Shown here: positions 55,481 to 64,000 of the stretch, in pieces
Layout: every line of letters begins with the position of its first letter
Position numbering within the stretch: position 1 is the first letter of the stretch
Source of the DNA: Bacteroidota bacterium
GTDB lineage: Bacteria > Bacteroidota > Bacteroidia > Chitinophagales > Chitinophagaceae
Length of the DNA: 64,000 nucleotides
Direction of reading: 5' to 3'
Assembly: GCA_030706735.1 (NCBI GenBank)
Contig: JAUZNZ010000014.1
Location: forward strand, 54,629-118,628
Made by a program: the position numbers and the translations under genes
Notes under the pieces: generated by a model
Seen by the model: only the letters and a program-made list of their open reading frames with translations
What the model was told of the DNA's origin: nothing
The model's database searches: none

Positions 55481-56911
55481 CTAGAATTGAAAATAAATGA
55501 ACTGGCCGCCGTCAAATACTCCCAGCAATAGGATCATGACCACCAGGGTAACATAAGCGGAAATCCGGACCGTTGCTTTTCGATGGTACATGAACAGCGC
55601 GCTTCCTTTTCCAAATTCCTTTCCGATATCCGCCGCCAGCACGCAGACGATGCCAAAGACCGAATAGATCAGCGTCGTTCGCACGTCGAAGTCGCCGGGA
55701 ATGATCCAGGGCGTCCCGGGAGCGAATAGTCTTTCGATGAAGGTCCCTGCCTTTTGCACGCTGCTGGCCCTGAACAGGATCAGGCTGAAGGTCCAGACGG
55801 AAAAGGTATACAGGATGCCGGGGATGCGCCACCGGCGGCGCCGACGCGCGGGATTCCCTCCTTCCAAACGGCGGATCAGCGTTTCGACGACCAGGATCAG
55901 GGCATGGAATAATCCCCAGGCTACGAAGGTCCAGTTGGCTCCGTGCCAGAGCCCGCTGAGTAGAAAGACGACGGAGATATTCAGGCAGGTACGCCCTGTG
56001 CCATATCGGCTGCCGCCGAGTGGGAAGTAAAGATAATCCCTGAACCAGCTCGAAAGGCTGATATGCCAGCGCGTCCAGAATTCCCTCAGCGAGGCGGAAA
56101 AAAATGGCCGGCGGAAATTCTCCATGAGCGAGAACCCCATCGTCCTGGCCGCTCCGATGGCGATCAGGGAATATCCCGCAAAATCGCAATACAGCTGGAA
56201 GGAATAGAACAGGGCCGCGGTGATCAGGGCGATCCGGCTGTGCAATTCAGGGCGGAAATGAATATAATTGACATAGATCGCCAGCCGGTCAGCCACGACC
56301 ACTTTGAGAAAGAGTCCCCACAGCATCTTCTTTAGCCCGAGGGCGAGGCCATCGAAATCAAGCGGATGTCGCTGGTAGAATTGAGGGATCAGACGGGCCG
56401 GCCTCTCGATCGGGCCGGCTACGAGTTGAGGGTAGAACATGACATACAGCGCATAAATGCCGGGATGCTTTTCGGGCCGCCACCTCCCTTTATAAACCTC
56501 CAGGGTATAGCTCATGGCCTGAAAAGTATGAAAGGAGAGACCGATCGGCAGAATAATATGCCAAAACGGGATGGCGCGGGTATGAAGGCCCATGCCGGCA
56601 AGCAGCTGATCGACATTGTCCACGAAAAAATTATAGTATTTAAAGATCACGAGTATGCCGAGATTGCCGGCAATACTCATAGCCAGGAGCGCTTTTCTCC
56701 TGCGGCCCGAGGCAAATTCCATGAGCCTCCCCGCCGTATAGTCGATGAGGATGATGGCAAATAGAACCAGCAGATAGGCGGGGATGAAGGCGGCGTAGAA
56801 CCAGCAACTGGCCAGGAGCAGGAGGAGCCAGCGCCATGCCTGCGGGGTAAGATAGTAGCATGGGGTGACGATGAGGAAGAAAAGGAGGAATTGAAATGAG
56901 TTAAACAACAT
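55481..56911 (-). CDS. MBOAT family O-acyltransferase (AlgI/PatA-like)
   Basis: MLFNSFQF, LPIGLSFHTFQ, PQLVAGPIER, WHISLSSWFRDY, SGLWHGANWTF, FIYFQF. Confidence 0.95.
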   Translation of the reverse strand: MLFNSFQFLLFFLIVTPCYYLTPQAWRWLLLLLASCWFYAAFIPAYLLVLFAIILIDYTAGRLMEFASGRRRKALLAMSIAGNLGILVIFKYYNFFVDNVDQLLAGMGLHTRAIPFWHIILPIGLSFHTFQAMSYTLEVYKGRWRPEKHPGIYALYVMFYPQLVAGPIERPARLIPQFYQRHPLDFDGLALGLKKMLWGLFLKVVVADRLAIYVNYIHFRPELHSRIALITAALFYSFQLYCDFAGYSLIAIGAARTMGFSLMENFRRPFFSASLREFWTRWHISLSSWFRDYLYFPLGGSRYGTGRTCLNISVVFLLSGLWHGANWTFVAWGLFHALILVVETLIRRLEGGNPARRRRRWRIPGILYTFSVWTFSLILFRASSVQKAGTFIERLFAPGTPWIIPGDFDVRTTLIYSVFGIVCVLAADIGKEFGKGSALFMYHRKATVRISAYVTLVVMILLLGVFDGGQFIYFQF

Positions 56912-56932
56912 AAGCGGTCCTTGATAATTCCC

Positions 56933-58357
56933 TCATCGTCCCTGCCCCGTGATAATGATCCGCAGGGTATGCAGCATGATCTTCAGGTCGAGTCCCAGGG
57001 ATATGTTCTCGATATAGATCAGGTCATATTTCATCCGTTCGATCATCTCTTCGACGTTCTCCGCATACCCGAACTGGATCATCCCCCAGGAGGTAAGGCC
57101 CGGCTTGATCTTCAGCAGGTACCGGAAATAAGGCGTACTGCGGTAGATCTGATCTACATAGTACTGGCGCTCCGGTCGCGGGCCGACCAGGCTCATTTCC
57201 CCCTTGAGCACATTCCAGAGCTGAGGCAGTTCGTCGATCCGCCATTTCCGCATGGTCTTGCCCCAGGGCGTAATGCGCGGGTCGTTCAGGGAGGATAGGG
57301 CGATGCCGTTCTTTTCCGCGTCGACGACCATGGATCGGAATTTGTAGATCGTGAACGGCTTGCCTTTATACCCGATACGTTCCTGCACATAGATCACCGG
57401 GCCCGGTGAAGACAGCCGGACGCGGATGGCTGCATAAAGCATCAGCGGCGAAAGGAATAGCAGCCCGAGCAGGGAGACGCCCACGTCGATCAGTCTCTTG
57501 ATATTCTGCTGCCAGTCGGGGATCAGATCGGTATAGATATCGGAGAGTACCGCGCCGAATACATTATTTGTTCTGACCGAGCCCGAGAGGATGTCGAGCG
57601 TATTGGGTATGATCTTGATCTCGACATCCTTGTCGCTGAGCTTTTCAATGACCTTCTCGACCTCGGCGCGGTCCGATCGTTCGAGAGCCACAACGACCAG
57701 CTCGATATTGTTCCTGTCGATCGTTTTTTCGATCTCGTCGGTATTCCCCAGTTCAGGCAGATAGGCGGAGATGCCGTTTTGCTGCTGCTGAGCGCTGCCG
57801 ATGCCGACATAGCCCGTATATAAGTAGCCCGAAGAACGCAGGCCTTCCCGCGAGTCCTTGTAAATCTTTGTGGCGGCGGCATTCCAGCCGACAAGGAGTG
57901 TATTGAATACGATCTGTCCCCTCTGCACCTGCCTTCGCACGATGCCCAGGATGATCATCCGGCCAAGCAGGGTCAGGATAAACTGGGAGGAGAGAAAGAT
58001 GAAGTAGGTTTTGTAAAAATAGTGGTAATCCTTTACGGGGTCGTTGATGACAATGGCGAAAAAGACGATCGTGCACCCGATGATGCTGCAGGTAAACGTA
58101 CTGGTGATCTCGTCGAGACGCGATTTCTTGTAGAGGGAAGTATAGGCTCCTACCATCCCGTTCAGCAGGAGCCATCCCACGGGGATGGTCGAAGTGCCCA
58201 ACCAGAAGCGGTTGGTCAGCAAGAGGTGCCCATCCACAAAAATAGGTTCGGACAACAGGATGCGCCGGCTGAAATGAAAGATGATCGCCGTCAGCAGGGC
58301 CGCGAAATAGTCGCTGAGAATATACCAGATGATATGTATCTTTTTGGGCGACGGCAT
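56933..58357 (-). CDS. polyprenyl glycosylphosphotransferase (WcaJ/WbaP-like initiating sugar transferase)
   Basis: N-terminal TMs, KRLIDV, KFRSM, IDELPQLWNVLKGEMSLVGPRPER, KPGLT. Confidence 0.93.
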   Translation of the reverse strand: MPSPKKIHIIWYILSDYFAALLTAIIFHFSRRILLSEPIFVDGHLLLTNRFWLGTSTIPVGWLLLNGMVGAYTSLYKKSRLDEITSTFTCSIIGCTIVFFAIVINDPVKDYHYFYKTYFIFLSSQFILTLLGRMIILGIVRRQVQRGQIVFNTLLVGWNAAATKIYKDSREGLRSSGYLYTGYVGIGSAQQQQNGISAYLPELGNTDEIEKTIDRNNIELVVVALERSDRAEVEKVIEKLSDKDVEIKIIPNTLDILSGSVRTNNVFGAVLSDIYTDLIPDWQQNIKRLIDVGVSLLGLLFLSPLMLYAAIRVRLSSPGPVIYVQERIGYKGKPFTIYKFRSMVVDAEKNGIALSSLNDPRITPWGKTMRKWRIDELPQLWNVLKGEMSLVGPRPERQYYVDQIYRSTPYFRYLLKIKPGLTSWGMIQFGYAENVEEMIERMKYDLIYIENISLGLDLKIMLHTLRIIITGQGR

Positions 58358-58365
58358 GACGCGGG

Positions 58366-59340
58366 TCAGGAGTTGATGGTGTTGTGTTTGATTTTTTGCA
58401 GGATCTGGTGCGCTATGTCCATGGCCCGCAACCCATCGACCTCGGAAACCAGGGTCGGCGTATTGTGGAGGATCGCTTCCGTGAATCTTTCCAGTTCCAG
58501 GCGGATGGCATTGACTTCCGGAACCTGCGGATTGGACAGCGCGATCGTCTTCTTTCCGTTGGGCGTTTCGATATCGAACGTGAAGACATCGACGTCGCGT
58601 GGCGTCTTCAGCTTGATGACCTCCGACTTCTTATTCAGGAAATCGATGCCGATGTAGGCGTCCTTCTGGAAGAGGCGCATCTTGCGCATCTTTTTCATCG
58701 AAATGCGGCTCGAGGTAAGGTTGGCCACGCAGCCGTTGTTGAATTCGATGCGGACGCTGGCTATATCCGGCGTGTCGGTCATTACGGCGACGCCGCTGGC
58801 CGATATGTTCTTGACCTCGCTCTTGACCAGGGTCAGGATGATATCGATGTCATGGATCATCAGATCCAGGATCACGCTGACTTCGGCGCCCCGTGGATTG
58901 AACTGCGCCAGACGATGCACCTCGATGAAGAGCGGATTCAAAGGCAGGGACTGTACCGCGAGAAAGGCGGGATTGAATCGTTCCACATGACCTACCTGCA
59001 GCTTGACATTGGATTCCCGAACAAGTTGCACCAATTCGCGGGCTTCTTCCATCGTGTGCGCCAGCGGCTTTTCGACGAATACATGCTTACCCTTACGGAC
59101 GGCTTTTTCGCAGAGTTCAAAATGCGCAGGAGTGGGAGCGATGATATCCACGATATCACAGGCATCCATCAGGAGTTCCGGATCCAGGAAGCGGGCGATC
59201 TGGTATTTTTCAAGAACTTCGCCGGCGGTAACTTCATCGGGGTCATAGAATCCGGCCAGCTCGACGGTCTTGATCTCTTTCCAATTGTTCAAATGAAACT
59301 TCCCCAGGTGACCGACGCCAAATACGCCAACTTTCAGCAT
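58366..59340 (-). CDS. Gfo/Idh/MocA oxidoreductase (GnnA-like, possibly UDP-sugar 3-dehydrogenase)
   Basis: GVGHLG, VFVEKP, VGHVERFNP, LDLMIHDID; likely start MLKVG. Confidence 0.88.
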   Translation of the reverse strand: MLKVGVFGVGHLGKFHLNNWKEIKTVELAGFYDPDEVTAGEVLEKYQIARFLDPELLMDACDIVDIIAPTPAHFELCEKAVRKGKHVFVEKPLAHTMEEARELVQLVRESNVKLQVGHVERFNPAFLAVQSLPLNPLFIEVHRLAQFNPRGAEVSVILDLMIHDIDIILTLVKSEVKNISASGVAVMTDTPDIASVRIEFNNGCVANLTSSRISMKKMRKMRLFQKDAYIGIDFLNKKSEVIKLKTPRDVDVFTFDIETPNGKKTIALSNPQVPEVNAIRLELERFTEAILHNTPTLVSEVDGLRAMDIAHQILQKIKHNTINS

Positions 59341-59405
59341 TTGGTAAATTTTATGTGCCAAACCTACATTAAAATGCCCATACTGCCATAGGGGGGAGCG
59401 GGTGG

Positions 59406-60311
59406 TCAGGAACTTTGCATCCGATTGAAGGGCATGTTATTAAAACGGGGCTTCAGGTATTTGATGACATTGCCGACCGTAAGGGGGATGTCCTTATCCG
59501 GAAAGAGCTTCGTTTTTACAAAGCTTCCGAAAGTGATGAAGAATAAGGGCAGATAAATAAGCAAGGTGATGTAAAAGTAGATCGCATAAATGTCCAGGAA
59601 AAGGCTTCGGATAGAAATAGTATCCGCTTTTTGCGCGCCCATGAAAAAATTCAGCGCCTTCTTGATGGCAGGCATCACGACCGGCACCTTTGTCCAATTG
59701 GTATAACGGACGTCTTCGAAACGGTAGGTGAGATCATAGCCCGGCGGCACCTGCTTGGCATAATAAGCCCAGTCATTCTGCACATCGGCAAAGCTGGCGA
59801 GGTGCGAATCCGGCCGGACAAAATAAGCGTTGAAGGTGGCGTCGAGGACGGCCCAGCCATGGTTCGTCTTTACCTCCACGATATTGTGGGCGGCCCAGGT
59901 TCCATTGGCCTTCATTTGTGCAATGCGGATCGGCAGATCATAGGTCGCCAGGACACGGGCCAGTACTTCCGCATAAGATCCGCAGGCGCCCCTCGTGGTC
60001 ATGAGATCGACAGAGGCCGGACCAAAGAAATCGGCTTTGACCCCTTTTACGGTTCCGTCATTGAACATCGAGGCCCTGTTGCCCATCAGATAGTGACAGG
60101 TCTCCATCGTCTTGATGACGAGTGAGTCCTGGTTATCGTCGGCATCCATCTTGAGGTTGATATCGTCCTTTATGGAAAGAAAGAGAGACTTTTCGTAAGC
60201 GGTCTCCATGTGGAAATAAAACAGGGAGGCAAGCAGGAAACCATTGAAAAACATGAGCACGTACAGGTTCCTGAAGCTCTTCTTAAGAAATCGGACAGGT
60301 ATCTTCAACAT
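59406..60311 (-). CDS. membrane-anchored transglutaminase-like (Cys-His-Asp) protein
   Basis: TM segments at both ends; RGACGS...AHNIVEV...WAVLDAT. Confidence 0.7.
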   Translation of the reverse strand: MLKIPVRFLKKSFRNLYVLMFFNGFLLASLFYFHMETAYEKSLFLSIKDDINLKMDADDNQDSLVIKTMETCHYLMGNRASMFNDGTVKGVKADFFGPASVDLMTTRGACGSYAEVLARVLATYDLPIRIAQMKANGTWAAHNIVEVKTNHGWAVLDATFNAYFVRPDSHLASFADVQNDWAYYAKQVPPGYDLTYRFEDVRYTNWTKVPVVMPAIKKALNFFMGAQKADTISIRSLFLDIYAIYFYITLLIYLPLFFITFGSFVKTKLFPDKDIPLTVGNVIKYLKPRFNNMPFNRMQSS

Positions 60312-60531
60312 AGTCTTTTAGATTTTAAAGATCGGGTTAGGAGCTTTAAGTGTTCATAAAAGATGACTGTAGGCTCAAAAGACCTTCGGGATATTGAATT
60401 CCTGATGTTTTAATCGGGTCAAACTAAGCTACTATCGTCAAATAGTCACTGGGAGATAAGACGTTAAAATGGGTCTTCTTAGTATGTTAAGAAACAAGTA
60501 GTTTGGGAAAATTTGTTTCCGATCCCGCCGG

Positions 60532-62625
60532 TCATTTTACGGAATAATCCAGCCGATTTGGACCTATTCCGGTGATTTTCAATGACTTCCAACGGGGCGG
60601 GAGAGTGGTTCGCCCCTGGATGATCCCGGAAGGGGTGATTTCCAGTCCGCCAAAGCCATTTAGCATGGCCTGAAGCATGCCGCCCGCGCCCGTGGCGAAG
60701 TAAGGGTTATCGCCGGTGGCCGTTTCAGCCATGACGCCGAAGGGCGGACGGAGGTTCGGCAGGTATCCCGCCTTGAAGTCCTCATAGGCCCTCGCCGGGC
60801 GGCCAAGGCGTTCGTAAAGTATGGCGAAGATGGCATGGGTCATGGCCGGACCTTCCCCGACCCTTGGCTCATAATATTCCAGGTCCCGGCGGATGGCCTC
60901 CGGGCTCGTTACCTCCTTCAGCGGATAAGCCAGCAGATTCACGTCGGCCTGCTTGATCTTTTCTCCCTGATAGGCGGCATGTTCCCGGGTGGTGCCGTCA
61001 TCAAAGTGAAGGATCGGAATGTTGGCGCGCACGGTCATCCAGTCCGGATCCGCCTTAAGCCCGAGCAGATGGGCGGCATCCGTGGCATATTGCAGATTGG
61101 CGCGAGCCGCCGCATTCGTGAATGCATTATTGTCCACGTTCTCGGCCCACTCGTCGGCCGCCACCACATTTTTAATGTCGTAATGCCCGGGTCCGTTCCG
61201 CTCCACCCGGCTCGTCCAGAAGTCCGCAGTGGCCTTCAGGATGGGATATCCTTTATCCCTCAACCAATCCTTGTCCTGCGTCACGCAGAAGTAATTCCAC
61301 GCAGCGATCGCGATATCCGCGGTGATATGATGCTCGAAAGGTCCGCTGAGCGCCCATACCGGCGTCTCTTCATTGCCGCTAGCCGCGCTTTCCCAGGGGA
61401 ACATGGCGCCTTTGTATCCGTGAGAGAACGCATTCTCGCGGGCCTCAGGCAACCGCTCAAAGCGATACTCGAGCAGGGAGGCTGCGATCCGCGGCTGCAA
61501 GAGGAGCAAGGCAGGGTACATCCATAGCTCGGTGTCCCAGAATGTGTGACCATTATAGCCCAGGCCGCTGAGCCCCATCGGCGAAAGACTATAGGCGGTG
61601 CCTTCCCGGGCAAAGGAATAAAGATGATAGATCATGCTGTGCACATCGCGCTGGGTGCTGTCATCGCCTTCGATGACGATATCGCTTTTCCATAACTCGT
61701 CCCAGGCGCGATCGTGGAACGCGACGAGGCGATCTCTGCCTTCGAGAGCGGCAAAGATGGTGAGGCGCTCGGCTTCATTGAGCGGATCCGTATTGTGCGC
61801 CGACGTGACGGCCGAGCCGACGACGGCGAAATGATAGGTCTCGCCCGCCCTGAGCCTCTTCGTAAATTTGACAAGGTGCATGTTATTGTCCCACATCTCA
61901 TGGATCAGCGCGGGCTCGGCGCCGTGAGGCTCGTCGAACAGGATGCTGTTGCTGGCAGCCATCAGGAGTTTGCCCGTGGGACTCCTGGCCGTGGAGGTGA
62001 GCAGGGCGATCCGGGCATGCGGGCGGTCGATCTCGTTATAATAATTTTCGACGTCCTTGAGCATGTCGGGCGCTTCCATCACGCTGGCCGGCGTGATCGT
62101 AATGTCTTTTTTTGCGGTGATGCTGACGTCCGTCAGCGCCGTATACGGCAGATGACGGAGAGCGTACCAGGAATAGGTTACGGAAGCCGCATCCCTGAAA
62201 TCGAAGCTCGTCGTGAGCCTGGCATGGCGCATGTCCAGTACCTGCTGCAGGTTGGACACCTGGCTGAAACCGGAGATCCGCGTACCATCGATGTCGAGGT
62301 ACATATTCACAAAATTGAAGGTCTTCAGGATATTGCTTACACGGCCGCGGCCATAAAGATCGAAGGCGCCATTGAGCACGATATCCTTTGCCGTAAAAGG
62401 CTGCGGGGAAGACACGATGCCAATCATGCCATTGGCCACCGTCACGCCGTAATAGTGAGCCGGATCAATGGAGGTGGCGCGGATATTCCAGGTATCTGAT
62501 GAAATAGGGGACGAAGCGACGGAGGATGCCGACTGCGCGTGCGTCTTGCCCGGCAGACCAGCGAACAACAAAATGCCGATAAAATAGAGGGAGAAAGGAA
62601 GTAGTTGTAGTTTGTTCCTGCGCAT
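60532..62625 (-). CDS. secreted glycoside hydrolase family 65 protein
   Basis: Signal peptide; GLSGLGYNGHTFWDTELW, GAMFPWES, VVAADEW, IKQADVNLL, YFATGAGG. Confidence 0.92.
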   Translation of the reverse strand: MRRNKLQLLPFSLYFIGILLFAGLPGKTHAQSASSVASSPISSDTWNIRATSIDPAHYYGVTVANGMIGIVSSPQPFTAKDIVLNGAFDLYGRGRVSNILKTFNFVNMYLDIDGTRISGFSQVSNLQQVLDMRHARLTTSFDFRDAASVTYSWYALRHLPYTALTDVSITAKKDITITPASVMEAPDMLKDVENYYNEIDRPHARIALLTSTARSPTGKLLMAASNSILFDEPHGAEPALIHEMWDNNMHLVKFTKRLRAGETYHFAVVGSAVTSAHNTDPLNEAERLTIFAALEGRDRLVAFHDRAWDELWKSDIVIEGDDSTQRDVHSMIYHLYSFAREGTAYSLSPMGLSGLGYNGHTFWDTELWMYPALLLLQPRIAASLLEYRFERLPEARENAFSHGYKGAMFPWESAASGNEETPVWALSGPFEHHITADIAIAAWNYFCVTQDKDWLRDKGYPILKATADFWTSRVERNGPGHYDIKNVVAADEWAENVDNNAFTNAAARANLQYATDAAHLLGLKADPDWMTVRANIPILHFDDGTTREHAAYQGEKIKQADVNLLAYPLKEVTSPEAIRRDLEYYEPRVGEGPAMTHAIFAILYERLGRPARAYEDFKAGYLPNLRPPFGVMAETATGDNPYFATGAGGMLQAMLNGFGGLEITPSGIIQGRTTLPPRWKSLKITGIGPNRLDYSVK

Positions 62626-62665
62626 GATCGGAGTATATAGGAGTATATAAATTTACAATCGTAAG

Positions 62666-62680
62666 TGTGTAATTTACACA
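62666..62680. promoter_or_regulatory. operator-like palindrome TGTGTAA-T-TTACACA
   Basis: Perfect 7-bp inverted repeat in the divergent GH65 / GyrI-like intergenic region. Confidence 0.5.
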
Positions 62681-62704
62681 TTATTGTTTATTTTCATTGC
62701 TGCT

Positions 62705-63673
62705 ATGAAAAAATGGTTGACAGGCTTTTGTATCCTACTTTTTTTGTCGATCGCCGCCGTGTATATTTTTTTTCCTTCGGATCTGACGGTGGCGAATGTG
62801 GAAGGGATCCAGTGCAACGTGAATTCTGCCAATAAATTTATCGGAGATGAGCGGCAATGGGGAAACTGGTGGCCCGGCGATAGCGGCAGGGGTCAGCCTG
62901 CCGGCGCACTGGCCGACGGCCGGAGTCCCGGATTCGAATACGGCGGCATGCGGTACCGGATGCCCGGCAGGTACCGCCATCTGATGGAGGTCCAGATCGT
63001 GACGCCGGATTCGACGATCCATAGCCGCATCACCATCGTCGGATCTGCGGATACCCGCGATTCCACGTCCCTGGAATGGGCATTTCATCTCAATGCCGGC
63101 TGGGATCCGATCGGACGTATCCACCAATACCGGGCGGCCAGGAAATTGAAAGCGGATTTGGCGGAAATCCTGTCTGCATTACGCGCCTTCCTCGATGATA
63201 AAGAAAAAGTGTATGGTATCCGGATCCGGGAGGTCTCTACCACGGACAGCTTCCTGATCGCGATCCGCTCCATCTATCCATCGCGTCCCGGCACCGGCGA
63301 CCTGTCTGCACTCATTCACAAGTTGAAGTCGATCATTGCCGCCGGCAGCGTCCGGGAGACAGGTAATCCGATGGTGAATATAACGCCCGCCGGACAGGGA
63401 AAATTCGAGGCGATGGTAGCGATCCCTACCAACCGGGAGTTGAAGGGCGATAAGAACGTAATCTCGAGCAAATTGGTGCGCGGCAAATACCTGATGACGG
63501 AAGTGCGGGGCGGCGATTATACCGTGAACAAGGCCCTGGAACAGTTGCAGGAATATATGTATGACTACCAGCGGACCACGATGGCGATCCCTTTCCAGTC
63601 CTGGGTGACAGATCGCAGCGTCGAACACGATACGGCGAAATGGGTGACGAAGGTCTATTGCCCGGTGTATTGA
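62705..63673 (+). CDS. membrane-anchored SRPBCC-like plus GyrI-like small-molecule-binding protein
   Basis: N-terminal TM; C-terminal YLMTEVRGG...IPFQSWVTDRSVEHDTAKWVTKVYCPV. Confidence 0.78.
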   Translation: MKKWLTGFCILLFLSIAAVYIFFPSDLTVANVEGIQCNVNSANKFIGDERQWGNWWPGDSGRGQPAGALADGRSPGFEYGGMRYRMPGRYRHLMEVQIVTPDSTIHSRITIVGSADTRDSTSLEWAFHLNAGWDPIGRIHQYRAARKLKADLAEILSALRAFLDDKEKVYGIRIREVSTTDSFLIAIRSIYPSRPGTGDLSALIHKLKSIIAAGSVRETGNPMVNITPAGQGKFEAMVAIPTNRELKGDKNVISSKLVRGKYLMTEVRGGDYTVNKALEQLQEYMYDYQRTTMAIPFQSWVTDRSVEHDTAKWVTKVYCPVY

Positions 63674-64000
63674 TCACTCCTTCGCCCCGGCCCCTGCAAA
63701 CCGGATCACCATCGTACTGTCATTATTCCTGACCAGCACATAGGAGGGAGTCGGCTGTCCGGCGATATCGAGGCGGCGGATATGACGGGTCTGGCCCTTG
63801 ATCACCACGCCATTCAGCGTGCTGGCGACAAGGGAATCATGTCCTTTGTTGATCAGGACGGTTCCATAATCCGCATCGTAGCGTCCCATCTGGATATTGT
63901 TGTCATAATAATTGCCGACGAGCAGGATGTCCGGCAGGGCATCCCCGTTGGCGTCGATAACGACCGCATCCCGATAGGGCGCCAGCTGGGCCTGCCAGGG
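63674..64000 (-). CDS. C-terminal part of an FG-GAP/VCBS-repeat protein (begins beyond the window)
   Basis: Frame open from 64000: IDANGDALPDILLVGNYYDNNIQMGRYDADYG...VRNND. Confidence 0.75.
   Translation of the reverse strand, partial: PWQAQLAPYRDAVVIDANGDALPDILLVGNYYDNNIQMGRYDADYGTVLINKGHDSLVASTLNGVVIKGQTRHIRRLDIAGQPTPSYVLVRNNDSTMVIRFAGAGAKE

Overview
Chromosomal window from a GC-rich Bacteroidota genome (protein sequences and TAnnTTTG-like promoters suggest Chitinophagaceae; this is inference). I saw no rRNA, tRNA, CRISPR array, transposase or integrase. About 33 kb forms a nitrogen and amino-acid anabolism supercluster: thrABC, ppc, two paralogous porins around amt, gltBD, ilvE-D-B-(methyltransferase)-N-C-A and leuACDB. 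It is followed by a stand-alone rpoC (no rpoB upstream), skp, a permease/hldE-like/iaaA/ispD operon and an orphan hybrid sensor kinase. A minus-strand envelope run follows (transglutaminase-like, Gfo/Idh/MocA, sugar transferase, MBOAT, SGNH, two M1 peptidase paralogs, GNAT), then GH65, a GyrI-like protein and a partial FG-GAP/VCBS protein. Main observations: (1) two unannotated leader peptides, a Thr-rich one before thrA and an Ile/Val-rich one before ilvE with a complete terminator/antiterminator; (2) the leu operon has no Leu-rich leader, its LeuA lacks the regulatory domain, and it is divergent from an uncharacterised 516-aa helical protein across palindromes, a candidate new branched-chain amino acid regulator; (3) a 284-bp, 97% identical inverted repeat inside the two porins flanks amt, so an inversion could swap amt's promoter; (4) an M1 pseudopeptidase (HEXXH replaced by HAMGC) sits in tandem with an intact paralog; (5) a Tam-like methyltransferase splits ilvB from ilvN. 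All functional proposals are hypotheses made without database searches.
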